Below, one piece after another: positions 52,870 to 61,972 of a stretch of 64,000 nucleotides of DNA. This DNA is from an uncultured cyanobacterium. GTDB taxonomy: Bacteria; Cyanobacteriota; Cyanobacteriia; Phormidesmidales; Phormidesmidaceae. The stretch covers positions 704,001 through 768,000 of the forward strand of contig CAWBZI010000001.1 of NCBI GenBank assembly GCA_963793265.1, read 5' to 3'. A model generated the notes under the pieces. It was given only the letters and a program-made list of their open reading frames with translations. It was not told where the DNA came from and did no database searches. How positions within the stretch are numbered: the first letter of the stretch is position 1; each line of letters begins with the position of its first letter. Both the position numbers and the translations under genes were made by a program.

Positions 52870-55365
52870 TTAGTTAACAGAACGACGAATAACGAAGGTA
52901 CCCGATGCGCCCGGTGCAACAGAAGGCACTTCGTTTTCATACTTCTCAGCAGGCGTGCCATCAACAGGATCGGTTGGGCTAGTTGCCGCAGGCGTAGTAT
53001 CAGCGCTGGTTGAGAAGTAGCGGATTTCGCCGTTATCAGCCGTCGCACCAGAGCGGTGGCTAGTAAACTCAGCCCAGTTGTTAGTCCCTGCGTTACCGTC
53101 CTCAAGAATTAGGAAGTCGTTAGCGGTGAGCGTAACGCTGCCTGCACCTGTTGCAGACTGAGAGATGTTCTGGTAAGTGAGACGGTACTCAATGGTTTCA
53201 CCCGGCGCAGCATTTGCAGTAGGTGTTGCAGTGAATGCTTCGCGAACAGAGCCATCAGCAGCCAGAATTTGAGCTTCCTTCATCAGCATCATGAAGCCGG
53301 TGTATACGCGGTCGATGGTGATGTTGTTAGTTGTCTCACCTGTGTAGCCAGGCGATACGACAGGATCGTCGTCAGGGAAGGCAACGATAGGAATCGCGAC
53401 GTCTTCTAGCTGAGTAACGCCGTCGGGCAGGTCTACTTCAACGGTGTAGTCAACAGAATTACCTGCGGCGACATCGCCAACGTTAACAGGCGCATCAGGC
53501 GTTGTGAACGTTGTACCGTCGTAAGTGTATACGGCGGTGTTAGTGCCATCGCTGATAGTAACAATTGTGCCGACAGGAATATCGCCATCAACACCATACG
53601 CACCAGGCTGACCACCCGCAGCTTCAGCTTCAGTAGGCGACAGTGGCTCGATAGTGGTTTCAGCAATAAAGCCAATGCCAGCAGGGTTACTCACCGTGTT
53701 GTTGAAGGTAACCGCATCAGGGTCAAACGGCGTGGCAGGGTCTAAACCAGCCGGAACAGGTGTAGACAAGTTGGTGAAGTCGTCGTTGTCGTTGGTTGGG
53801 CCAATGGCATTAGGCGCACCGTCTGGGCCAGTAAGAATATCGTCAGTCGTTGGCGTAATCGAAACAACGTTGAGTTCACCGTCGTCGCCTGTACCTGAGT
53901 TGTCGTTGTTGTTGTCAACCAGGCTTGGATCATCAGGCTGGTTGTCGCCGTCGCCATCAGTTTCAGGTGCAATACCGTCATCTGTGCCAGGTACGTAATC
54001 GCTACCGTCAGCGGCAGGAGGATTACCTGCGTCGTCGTAGTTGTTAGGATTGGCGTCACCTGATTCATCGTAGATAATCTGAGGGTCAGGATCGGTGTCG
54101 CCAGCGGTTTGACCAAAGACCTGTGCGATGTTTTCGATGGTACCGCCCGTTTCAGGCAAGCCGCTGGTAACCACTGTGAAGGTTAGACCAGTGACCGTAG
54201 AGCCTACGTTGAGCGTACCAGCATTAACAAAACCAATGCGAGTAACTGTGCTCAAGTCAGTAGGCTGCGCAGTTTGCCATGCAAGCGTTAGCGGGTCAGA
54301 CCCTGCGTCCGCACCAGCCGGATCAACAGAATAGACAGGCGACCAACCATTAGGCAGGTTACTGCCTACAGAAGATAGGGTTGTCTGTGCTGGAATAGCA
54401 TCAGAAACCAGAATGCGATTCGCTGTAGCACCGTCTAGGGTAATGTCAGTGCCATCAAGTGCGGCTGCATTGAAGAGGCCAGCAGGGTCTAAATCTTCTA
54501 CACGCACGCCTAAGTCATAGGCGATAGTGTCATCGGTCGGATCGGCAGGAACACCAGCGTTAGCAATGCTAGACGTTTTGAGAACAGTCGCCAAAGCGAG
54601 GGCGTCGTCAGAACCGGCAAAGATAAGAGAGCTGTTGTCTTGTGCCTCACGCTCACCGTTTTCAGGTGCTTCAGGGCCAACATTCTCAGTGCGAACATCG
54701 TCAAGATTAGCGCCGCCGTCATCGTTATCTGACTGGTTTTGCTCTTCATCGACGCCTTCAACCGTGGGGTTGTCGGTGGTGTTACCTAGCTCGACTACTA
54801 TCAAATCGCCTGCAACAGTGCCAGCAGCAGGCGTACCTGTCACTCTTACTCTAAAGCTTTCATCTGGGTCGATTGGATCTCCACCCAAGCCAACAATAGT
54901 ACCGCCTTCTGCAGGAACCGTCCCAATCAAGACACCGTCTGAGTCAAAGACTTGTACAGGGTCAGTATCAGAAGGTGTGAAGTTGTCAGTTCTAATATTG
55001 TCAATGCCAGGAACGAAGACATCGGTTACTGCATTACCAATGTTAGTCACTTCAAAGTCATAAAAGAGGGTATCACCCGCTTCGACCGCGCCGCCATCTT
55101 CATCAATAGGAGGCTGAGCGCTTACGGTCAAGCCTGCAATTTCAGCAACTTTGATGACCACTGTATTAGAAGTGGTATCGAAGTCATTACCGTTACCGTC
55201 GTTGTAGGTCGCGGTTGCGGTGTTGCTGATGTCCGTTCCGGCATCAGTGCCTTCCGCCACAACAGCGCCGACCATATTGAACACGCCAGCAACTGCTAGA
55301 GTAGCAGCGAGAAGAGGCTTGTGAGCCTGCCAGCGAAATTTTTTCTGTTGTACTGTTTTTGCCAT
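52870..55365 (-). CDS. Secreted Asp/Thr/Gly-rich DUF11-family protein, putative major fibre subunit
   Basis: ATG 55365 (MAKTVQQKK..), signal peptide, EGTDAGTDISNTATATY..SNTVVIKV; several Ig-like domains; LMKEA..PGETIEYRLTYQN..SGTFVIRRSVN*. Confidence 0.87.
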   Translation of the reverse strand: MAKTVQQKKFRWQAHKPLLAATLAVAGVFNMVGAVVAEGTDAGTDISNTATATYNDGNGNDFDTTSNTVVIKVAEIAGLTVSAQPPIDEDGGAVEAGDTLFYDFEVTNIGNAVTDVFVPGIDNIRTDNFTPSDTDPVQVFDSDGVLIGTVPAEGGTIVGLGGDPIDPDESFRVRVTGTPAAGTVAGDLIVVELGNTTDNPTVEGVDEEQNQSDNDDGGANLDDVRTENVGPEAPENGEREAQDNSSLIFAGSDDALALATVLKTSSIANAGVPADPTDDTIAYDLGVRVEDLDPAGLFNAAALDGTDITLDGATANRILVSDAIPAQTTLSSVGSNLPNGWSPVYSVDPAGADAGSDPLTLAWQTAQPTDLSTVTRIGFVNAGTLNVGSTVTGLTFTVVTSGLPETGGTIENIAQVFGQTAGDTDPDPQIIYDESGDANPNNYDDAGNPPAADGSDYVPGTDDGIAPETDGDGDNQPDDPSLVDNNNDNSGTGDDGELNVVSITPTTDDILTGPDGAPNAIGPTNDNDDFTNLSTPVPAGLDPATPFDPDAVTFNNTVSNPAGIGFIAETTIEPLSPTEAEAAGGQPGAYGVDGDIPVGTIVTISDGTNTAVYTYDGTTFTTPDAPVNVGDVAAGNSVDYTVEVDLPDGVTQLEDVAIPIVAFPDDDPVVSPGYTGETTNNITIDRVYTGFMMLMKEAQILAADGSVREAFTATPTANAAPGETIEYRLTYQNISQSATGAGSVTLTANDFLILEDGNAGTNNWAEFTSHRSGATADNGEIRYFSTSADTTPAATSPTDPVDGTPAEKYENEVPSVAPGASGTFVIRRSVN

Positions 55366-55875
55366 TATTGTGATAGCTAAATTTTCAAGCAGAGTAGGTT
55401 GACCAAACGAGAATTTGTAAACTTCACTGATGATGAGCATCCGCTGTTGACGCCGATCCAAGGGGCTGAGGTGTTAAAACCTCCGGCCTTTATCGAGCCT
55501 TTGTTCAACTTAGACATTTAACGAAAGTCGGAACGCACCTGGATGACCGAAGGCTGCCGACTTGTTTCAACGTAAAGCTCATCTTTATAAAGTCTTTTCT
55601 TAGAAACTTGCCAGTTTCCTCGATAGGTTTGTGTCTTCGGGCAGATGTCAACCAACGAAGGTTGATAGCTTTTGACTGACCAGGCTTATGCTGCCCCTGC
55701 CTTTTGCTTCTCCGGTAGGGCGAATTACTGAAATATCAGAAAATCTTGGTTTGAACATACGGACAGTAGTTTTACCGAATGTAGAGGAATAGCTTCATAA
55801 GAGAGGAATAGAGCCGTATTCGGGTGAAACGAGTCTCCGTAAGTAAAAAGATAAATTTTTGCTAAACAAGATAAA

Positions 55876-55902
55876 AACCACCTGATATCAAATCAGGTGG
55901 TT
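55876..55902 (-). terminator. Intrinsic terminator of the GAF pseudo-kinase gene
   Basis: AACCACCTGAT / ATCAGGTGGTT inverted repeat with a T-run on the minus strand. Confidence 0.7.
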
Positions 55903-55946
55903 GTAGAACTAATATTTGGCTTTGTTTCGGCCCCGATGGTGTCGGC

Positions 55947-57539
55947 TTAATCCGGTATTTCTAAGGATGGCAAAGTAATCACGTAGCGATATCCTGTGGC
56001 CTCAGATCCTTGTACAGCCGCCTTACCATGGTGAATCTCGGTGAGGTGCTGGCTGATTAGCAGGCCGAGTTCTTGTCTAGAAGCGTCTACTTTTTGGGCG
56101 ATCGCTACTGCAGGCGACGTTGCGCTAGTGTCTTTGTCAAATTCATCATGAGACATTGCAAAATCAGGATGAATCGTGGCCGAACGAGCCGCCAACTGTT
56201 GAGCATCTAGCTGATAGGAAGAGGTGAAAGAATTGCTTTTTCCCCAGGCGATAACAGCCTGTGGTAAGTCTTCACCCAGCCACGGATTAGAAACCCAGAG
56301 TGCCAGGCTAATACTGTCTTCCTTGCGAGAAATGTGCAGCCGAATCGTGCTGCCCGCAGTAGACATTTTGATAATGCTAAAGACAAGGTGATAGATCAGT
56401 TGCTTAATCACACGCCTGTCCAGGCTCCACATGCGAGATCCCGGTTCAACAGTGAGCTTGATTTGAAGATCTTGCTGTTTGGCTAGCGTGCGCAAAGCTG
56501 CGATCGCCTGCTGCGCGATCATCTCCATATCAACCGAAGCTAGGGCTAGCTCATAGCCGTCTTCTTTCAAATCGCCCACTTCAACAATCTCATCAACCAT
56601 CGACAGTAGCTGCTGAGAACTTTTGACAACAATATTAGCGTACTCCTTTTGCTTTGCGCTCAGCGGGCCATAGATCTCTCGGCCCAGCATATTCGCCATA
56701 CCCGTAATCGAAGTTAGCGGATTGCGCAAATCTTGCGTAAGCTGCACCACCAAATCGAAGCGCACCTGATTGATTTTAGCTAGCAGCGACTCTTCAGCCG
56801 AAATTATCTGTCCGACCGACTGAAGCGGATGCCTGCCTGCCTGCAGTTCAGTCATGACGTGCCGCTTCTCAAACTCGCTCACACACCAGCGCGCACTTAG
56901 CTCTAAGAAAGCAACTTCCTGCTGAGTAAACTCATGCGGCAACAGATCCATTATCGCCAGCGTACCAATACAACAGCCATCTGCAACAATAGGCACACCT
57001 AAATAAGACTGAATCCCGTACTGCTGAACCAACAAACTACGCGAGAAAGCAGGATGAGCCGTCGCATCGTTTAGCATGAATGTTTTGCCACTATCAAGTA
57101 CATGCGTGCAAAAAGATTCTTCGCGCGGCAAGCAACGAGCCGAAGCGAGCTGATTCATCAAGCCTAAGCTAGAAAGGCCAACAACAGATTTGAATCGCTG
57201 CGTGTCAGCATCAATCACGCTCAAGATACAAATAGGCATCGCCAACAGTCGCGATACCATTTGCACGGCCTCATCAAAAACAGGCACCGACTCTGAACCC
57301 ATCAGGCCCAAACGAGAGAGCGCTTGGGTGCGATTTTGATCGCGCTGCGCAGGAGAAAGACCTTCTAAAAGGCAGGAGAGCTGCGTTTGCATCTGTATAG
57401 GAGAGTTATTGGCCTTTTTTTGTTGCGTATTGGCCTGTTGCGTAGTCCTCTGTTGCGTAGCCCTCTGTTCCGTAGCCTTAGAAGTGCCGTAAATCATGCG
57501 TGGTGCATTATGTCTAATAAATTTAGTTGAATTCATCAT
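55947..57539 (-). CDS. GAF-domain sensor histidine-kinase-like protein with degenerate catalytic motifs
   Basis: GAF (ESFCTHV..SYLGVPI..IGTLAIMD); HisKA-like LTQDLRNPLTSITG; degenerate HATPase. Confidence 0.85.
   Translation of the reverse strand: MMNSTKFIRHNAPRMIYGTSKATEQRATQQRTTQQANTQQKKANNSPIQMQTQLSCLLEGLSPAQRDQNRTQALSRLGLMGSESVPVFDEAVQMVSRLLAMPICILSVIDADTQRFKSVVGLSSLGLMNQLASARCLPREESFCTHVLDSGKTFMLNDATAHPAFSRSLLVQQYGIQSYLGVPIVADGCCIGTLAIMDLLPHEFTQQEVAFLELSARWCVSEFEKRHVMTELQAGRHPLQSVGQIISAEESLLAKINQVRFDLVVQLTQDLRNPLTSITGMANMLGREIYGPLSAKQKEYANIVVKSSQQLLSMVDEIVEVGDLKEDGYELALASVDMEMIAQQAIAALRTLAKQQDLQIKLTVEPGSRMWSLDRRVIKQLIYHLVFSIIKMSTAGSTIRLHISRKEDSISLALWVSNPWLGEDLPQAVIAWGKSNSFTSSYQLDAQQLAARSATIHPDFAMSHDEFDKDTSATSPAVAIAQKVDASRQELGLLISQHLTEIHHGKAAVQGSEATGYRYVITLPSLEIPD
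57421..57480. repeat. Four imperfect 15-bp tandem units in the 5' part of the GAF gene
   Basis: TGTTGCGTA-like unit x4, encoding ATEQR/ATQQR/TTQQA/NTQQ. Confidence 0.7.
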
Positions 57540-57673
57540 TCCCTACGACTAAAGGAGACAAACCCGTAGCTTTACAGAATCATCACGCAGGGGCACTGGC
57601 ATCGGGGCATACACGCTATTGCGGAGCACATGAAGTAGACTGGTAGGGTTATATATAGATATTTCGTCAGCTT

Positions 57674-59749
57674 ATGCAATCTGCTATTCCGATAGGGACT
57701 GTGCTCCAAAATCACTACAAAATTGTCCAACTGTTGGGACAAGGTGGCTTTGGCCGAACCTATCTAGCAGAGGATCAGGGGCGCTTTAACGAACGCTGCG
57801 CGATTAAAGAGTTTGTGCCGATTCAGGGAGAGGATCGGTTTTCAGACAAGGCCACTCAGCTTTTTCAGCGAGAAGCTGCTGTGCTGTATCAAATTAGCCA
57901 TCCGCAAATTCCGAAGTTTAGAGCAACGTTTGAAGAAGAAGAAAGACTGTTCTTAGTACAAGACTACGTGCAGGGGCCTACCTATCATGAAGTTTTGAGA
58001 CAGCGCCGAGAGCAGGGTCGGACATTTTCTGAAACCGAAGTCAGACAGTTTTTGCAGCAGATGCTGCCGGTGCTAGCACATATTCACGCCAAAGGCATCA
58101 TTCACCGAGACATTAGCCCCGACAATATTATTCTGCGTCAGGACGATAGCCTGCCGGTGCTGATTGATTTTGGCGTGGTGAAAGAAGTGGTGACTCGAAT
58201 GCAGCTAGACGGGGTGGTGTCACACGCGACGACGGTAGGGAAAGCAGGCTACGCGCCCAGCGAGCAAATTCAAACGGGCAGAGCCTACCCCAGCAGCGAC
58301 CTCTATGCGCTGGCCGTCACCGCCGTGGTGATGCTCACTGGCAAAGAGCCGCAAATGCTGTTTGACGATGTGAATGCCGTTTGGACGTGGCAGTCATCGG
58401 CATCGGTAAGCCCTCAGCTTGCGACAGTATTAAACAAGGCGCTGAGCTTTAGGCCGGGCGATCGCTACCAGTCGGTTAGAGAAATGGCGATCGCACTTCG
58501 AGGCGGCAGTCCCGCTCCCAATCCCGGTCAAAATCCTGCCCAAAACGCCCCCGATGGACTCACTGGCAGCATGACTGGCGCAATTCCTAGCAGACCCGTC
58601 CCGGTCAGCTCGACGCCGCCAATGTCGCAAATGAAAACGGTGGCCGTCGGTCGGCCTAATCCTCAAATGAATCCACAGGCGCTAGGCGGTAACCCCACCG
58701 TTAATAGACCGACTACCGTTGGCCAATCGGGCGGCCAATCGGGCGGACAGTCGGGCAGAGGCGCAAAACAGCCGCCGCCAATCGTCATGCCTTCAGAACG
58801 GGAGCGCTCCTCGTTTTTAGAGAATCCTTTGGCGGTAGGAGGTTTAGCCGTTGGGCTTGCAGCGATCGCAGGACTCGCTGGCTACGGCGTCGTCCAAACC
58901 CTAGACACCGCCGTCACGCCCGAACCTTCTATTACCTCACTCCCACCACTCGGCAGCGTCGAAACCCCAACACCTACCCCAACGCCTATCCAGTCTTCGC
59001 CCAAGCCAGTAGAGTACGAGCAGCAGCCGCTAGATCTCATTCCAGGATCGACCAAAATTGTCGAAGGTAACATGCGTCAGGGCGACAAGGTGACCTATCC
59101 TTTGCGTGCTGAGGCAGGCCAGATTCTCAGCGTAGAACAGACCGTAGAAGATGTCAGGCTAACCGTCTTGGGGCCAGACGGCGATCCGATCAATCGTCGG
59201 GCTCAGAACGTGTTTGAGTGGGAAGGCGAGATCGAAGAGTCGGGTGACTATCGCGTGCAGCTCAGCCCTGTGCGAAGCCGAGATGTCAAGAGTAGCGACT
59301 ACCGCCTCTCCGTCAGACTGAGCGATCCAGTCCCAGTTGAACCACCCGATCCGGTTCCAGAAAGGCCGACAGTACCGACTGAGCCGACAGTACCGACTGA
59401 GCCCACGATACCGATCGAGCCGCAAGTACAGTCTCAGCGCGTTTTGTTCCCCAGCGGATCGGAGGGTGTGCTGGTTGCGAACAGCGTCGGGCCAGGTGTG
59501 ATTCGCCGGTATGTTGTGAACGCTCAAGAAGGCCAGTTTTTGTCGGCACGAGTGACAGACACCGATGGCGGCAGAGTTGACTTTGATGTGCTGCTGCCGG
59601 GCGGTGAAATGGTGGCTGATGCCAGCAGATTGACTTCTTGGCAGGGGCTATTGCCGGTTGGGGGCGACTATATTATTGACGTGCAGTCTGCGCAGCCTGC
59701 TGAGTTTACGCTAGAGATTGAGGCGCGAGCGGCGTTGCCAATAGAGTAG
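57674..59749 (+). CDS. Membrane Ser/Thr protein kinase (Pkn2 type) with two extracytoplasmic PPC-like beta domains
   Basis: LGQGGFG, AIKE, HRDISPDN, DFG, GYAPSEQ, SDLYAL; TM; Pro-rich linkers. Confidence 0.93.
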   Translation: MQSAIPIGTVLQNHYKIVQLLGQGGFGRTYLAEDQGRFNERCAIKEFVPIQGEDRFSDKATQLFQREAAVLYQISHPQIPKFRATFEEEERLFLVQDYVQGPTYHEVLRQRREQGRTFSETEVRQFLQQMLPVLAHIHAKGIIHRDISPDNIILRQDDSLPVLIDFGVVKEVVTRMQLDGVVSHATTVGKAGYAPSEQIQTGRAYPSSDLYALAVTAVVMLTGKEPQMLFDDVNAVWTWQSSASVSPQLATVLNKALSFRPGDRYQSVREMAIALRGGSPAPNPGQNPAQNAPDGLTGSMTGAIPSRPVPVSSTPPMSQMKTVAVGRPNPQMNPQALGGNPTVNRPTTVGQSGGQSGGQSGRGAKQPPPIVMPSERERSSFLENPLAVGGLAVGLAAIAGLAGYGVVQTLDTAVTPEPSITSLPPLGSVETPTPTPTPIQSSPKPVEYEQQPLDLIPGSTKIVEGNMRQGDKVTYPLRAEAGQILSVEQTVEDVRLTVLGPDGDPINRRAQNVFEWEGEIEESGDYRVQLSPVRSRDVKSSDYRLSVRLSDPVPVEPPDPVPERPTVPTEPTVPTEPTIPIEPQVQSQRVLFPSGSEGVLVANSVGPGVIRRYVVNAQEGQFLSARVTDTDGGRVDFDVLLPGGEMVADASRLTSWQGLLPVGGDYIIDVQSAQPAEFTLEIEARAALPIE

Positions 59750-59805
59750 AGTATCGGTTTAGCATTAGTACGTCAAAACTCAAGTACGTCAAAACCTATA
59801 GAGGA

Positions 59806-60516
59806 GTGCAGGTCAATTTGGCTGCGTTGTTGGTGACCGGAACAGATACAGACAGTGGGAAAACGGTGCTAACGGCGGCGCTAATCGCCTACTGGCAGCG
59901 GTATTGCTGGGCCTACAAGCTAGGCGTGTGTAAGCCGGTTCAGTCAGGGACGGGCGATCGCGAATTCTACAGCCGCCTTTTCACCCTAGAGCAAACGCCT
60001 GAACAGCTCAATCCACTGTGGTACAAAACGCCCATTGCCCCACCGCTTGCCGCTGCCATTGAAGGCAAACGAGTAGATCTTGCGTTTGCCTGGAAGGTAT
60101 TTTCCGAGCTAGAGGCCAGTAAAGACTGGACGCTAGTAGAAGGCGCAGGTGGATTAGGATCGCCAGTTACGGAGGAGCTAACGGTGGCCGATATTGCCCA
60201 GGAGTGGCGACTGCCGACGATATTAGTGGTGCCAGTGAAGCTAGGCTGCATCGCAGCAGCGATGGCAAATGTGGCCCTAGCCAAGCAAAAAAAGGTAAAG
60301 CTTAAAGGCATTGTGCTCAACTGCACGCAGCCTTGTACGCCGAATCAGATGAATAGCTGGGCTCCGGTAGACATGATCGAATCGCTCACGCGAATGCCCG
60401 TGCTGGGGATTGTGCCGTATCTTAAGCAAATTAAGGATGTAGAAGTGCTTGCCGAGACAGCAGCGCGATTGAACTTAGAAAGTATTATGCCAAAGGCTTT
60501 TTGGGCGGGGCGTTAG
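59806..60516 (+). CDS. bioD: Dethiobiotin synthase
   Basis: VTGTDTDSGKT, KPVQSG, VEGAGGL, LGCI. Confidence 0.94.
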   Translation: MQVNLAALLVTGTDTDSGKTVLTAALIAYWQRYCWAYKLGVCKPVQSGTGDREFYSRLFTLEQTPEQLNPLWYKTPIAPPLAAAIEGKRVDLAFAWKVFSELEASKDWTLVEGAGGLGSPVTEELTVADIAQEWRLPTILVVPVKLGCIAAAMANVALAKQKKVKLKGIVLNCTQPCTPNQMNSWAPVDMIESLTRMPVLGIVPYLKQIKDVEVLAETAARLNLESIMPKAFWAGR

Positions 60517-60562
60517 GTTTCATAGAAATCTGCCAAAATAAAAAGGTTGCTGAAGAGAACCC

Positions 60563-61801
60563 ATGCAGACACTTTCACGGCCTTCGACTGACAATTTTGC
60601 CAGCCATTTCTCGCCATTACGACCTGACATCAGCGCTTTGCAGAGCGATTTGGTGAAATGGCGGCGGCAAATACATCAGCGGCCTGAGCTGGGATTTCAA
60701 GAAGAAATTACGGCGGGGTTTATTTGCGATCGCCTCACCCAATGGCAAATAAACTACCAAAGCAACATTGCTAAAACCGGCATTGTCGCGATTATAGAAG
60801 GCACTGGCAAAGGCGCAAACCGTCCTGTACTGGGCATTCGTGCTGATATGGACGGCTTACCTGTGCAGGAGCAAAACGAGGTGCCCTACTGCTCAGTGCA
60901 TGAGGGTAAAATGCACGCCTGTGGTCATGACGGGCACGTTGCGATCGCGCTAGGTACCGCCAAATATCTCAGCGAACACCGCGACCGGTTCGCAGGCACC
61001 GTCAAAATTATCTTTCAGCCCGCCGAAGAAGGCCCCGGTGGCGCGAAGCCCATGATCGAAGCGGGCGTACTCACCCATCCCACCGTAGACGCCATGGTCG
61101 GCCTACACCTGTGGAACAACCTACCGCTTGGCACACTTGGCGTTCGCAGCGGCCCGATGATGGCCGCGACCGAGTTTTTCACCTGTACGATTCAGGGCAA
61201 AGGCGGACACGGCGCGATTCCTCAACAAACCGTAGATGCCATTGTCGTGGGCTCCCAGGTCGTGAATACGCTGCAAACAATCGTCTCTCGCAACATCGAT
61301 CCGCTGAAGTCGGCAGTCGTCACTATCGGAGAGTTCAAAGCAGGCACGGCGGTAAATGTAATTGCCGATAGCGCTTATTTGAGCGGCACCGTTCGCTATT
61401 TTGACCCTGACTATGGCGATCTTATTCCCGAACGGCTAGAGCAGGTGATTGCCGGGATATGTGCGGCACACGGGGCGAGCTATGAGCTGGACTATTGCAA
61501 GCTGTATCCGCCAGTTGTAAATGATGGGGCGATCGCTGAACTCGTCCGCTCAGTGGCGACGACCGTTATCGAAACGCCCGCAGGTGTTGTCCCTGAGTGT
61601 CAGACCATGGGCGGCGAAGACGTGTCTTTCTTTTTAGAAGCGGTACCTGGCTGCTACTTCTTTTTGGGCTCGGCTAATCCTGAAAAAGGGCTGGATTATC
61701 CACACCATCATCCCCGATTTGACTTTGATGAGACGGCGCTTAGCGTCGGCGTAGAGACTTTTGTTCGTGTGGTCGAAAAATTTTGCGCCGTAGCGAAGTG
61801 A
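60563..61801 (+). CDS. M20D amidohydrolase (N-acyl-L-amino acid amidohydrolase-like)
   Basis: RADMDGLP, MHACGHDGH, FQPAEEG, GGEDVS, HHHPRFDFDE. Confidence 0.93.
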   Translation: MQTLSRPSTDNFASHFSPLRPDISALQSDLVKWRRQIHQRPELGFQEEITAGFICDRLTQWQINYQSNIAKTGIVAIIEGTGKGANRPVLGIRADMDGLPVQEQNEVPYCSVHEGKMHACGHDGHVAIALGTAKYLSEHRDRFAGTVKIIFQPAEEGPGGAKPMIEAGVLTHPTVDAMVGLHLWNNLPLGTLGVRSGPMMAATEFFTCTIQGKGGHGAIPQQTVDAIVVGSQVVNTLQTIVSRNIDPLKSAVVTIGEFKAGTAVNVIADSAYLSGTVRYFDPDYGDLIPERLEQVIAGICAAHGASYELDYCKLYPPVVNDGAIAELVRSVATTVIETPAGVVPECQTMGGEDVSFFLEAVPGCYFFLGSANPEKGLDYPHHHPRFDFDETALSVGVETFVRVVEKFCAVAK

Positions 61802-61839
61802 TATAAGTGGAGATATCCCTTTTGATTGTAGATTCAGGA

Positions 61840-61924
61840 GCCCTCATCCTAAATCCTTCTCCCGAGGGGAGAAGGACTTTGAATCCGGCTCCCTCTCCCT
61901 TCGGGAGAGGGTTGGGGTGAGGGC
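61840..61924. repeat. Double-hairpin intergenic palindromic repeat (MITE/REP-like)
   Basis: Terminal IR GCCCTCATCC / GGGTGAGGGC enclosing TCCTTCTCCC..GGGAGAAGGA and CCCTCTCCC..GGGAGAGGG hairpins. Confidence 0.75.
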
Positions 61925-61972
61925 CTCGGGAATGAATGAAAACAGTCTAATTCTCAATCTTCTTCTGCCCTC

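Noticed and set aside
32369..55365. Sortase-dependent, type IV, type V pilus or T1SS/RTX adhesin interpretation
   Set aside because: No LPxTG or sortase, class III signal peptides, lipobox Cys, GGxGxD arrays or ABC exporter seen in the locus
55460..55500. AAACCTCCGGCCT resembling part of a c-di-GMP-I riboswitch
   Set aside because: Wrong strand for the downstream gene and the GCAAA/GAAA P2 elements are missing; explained as one arm of a hairpin
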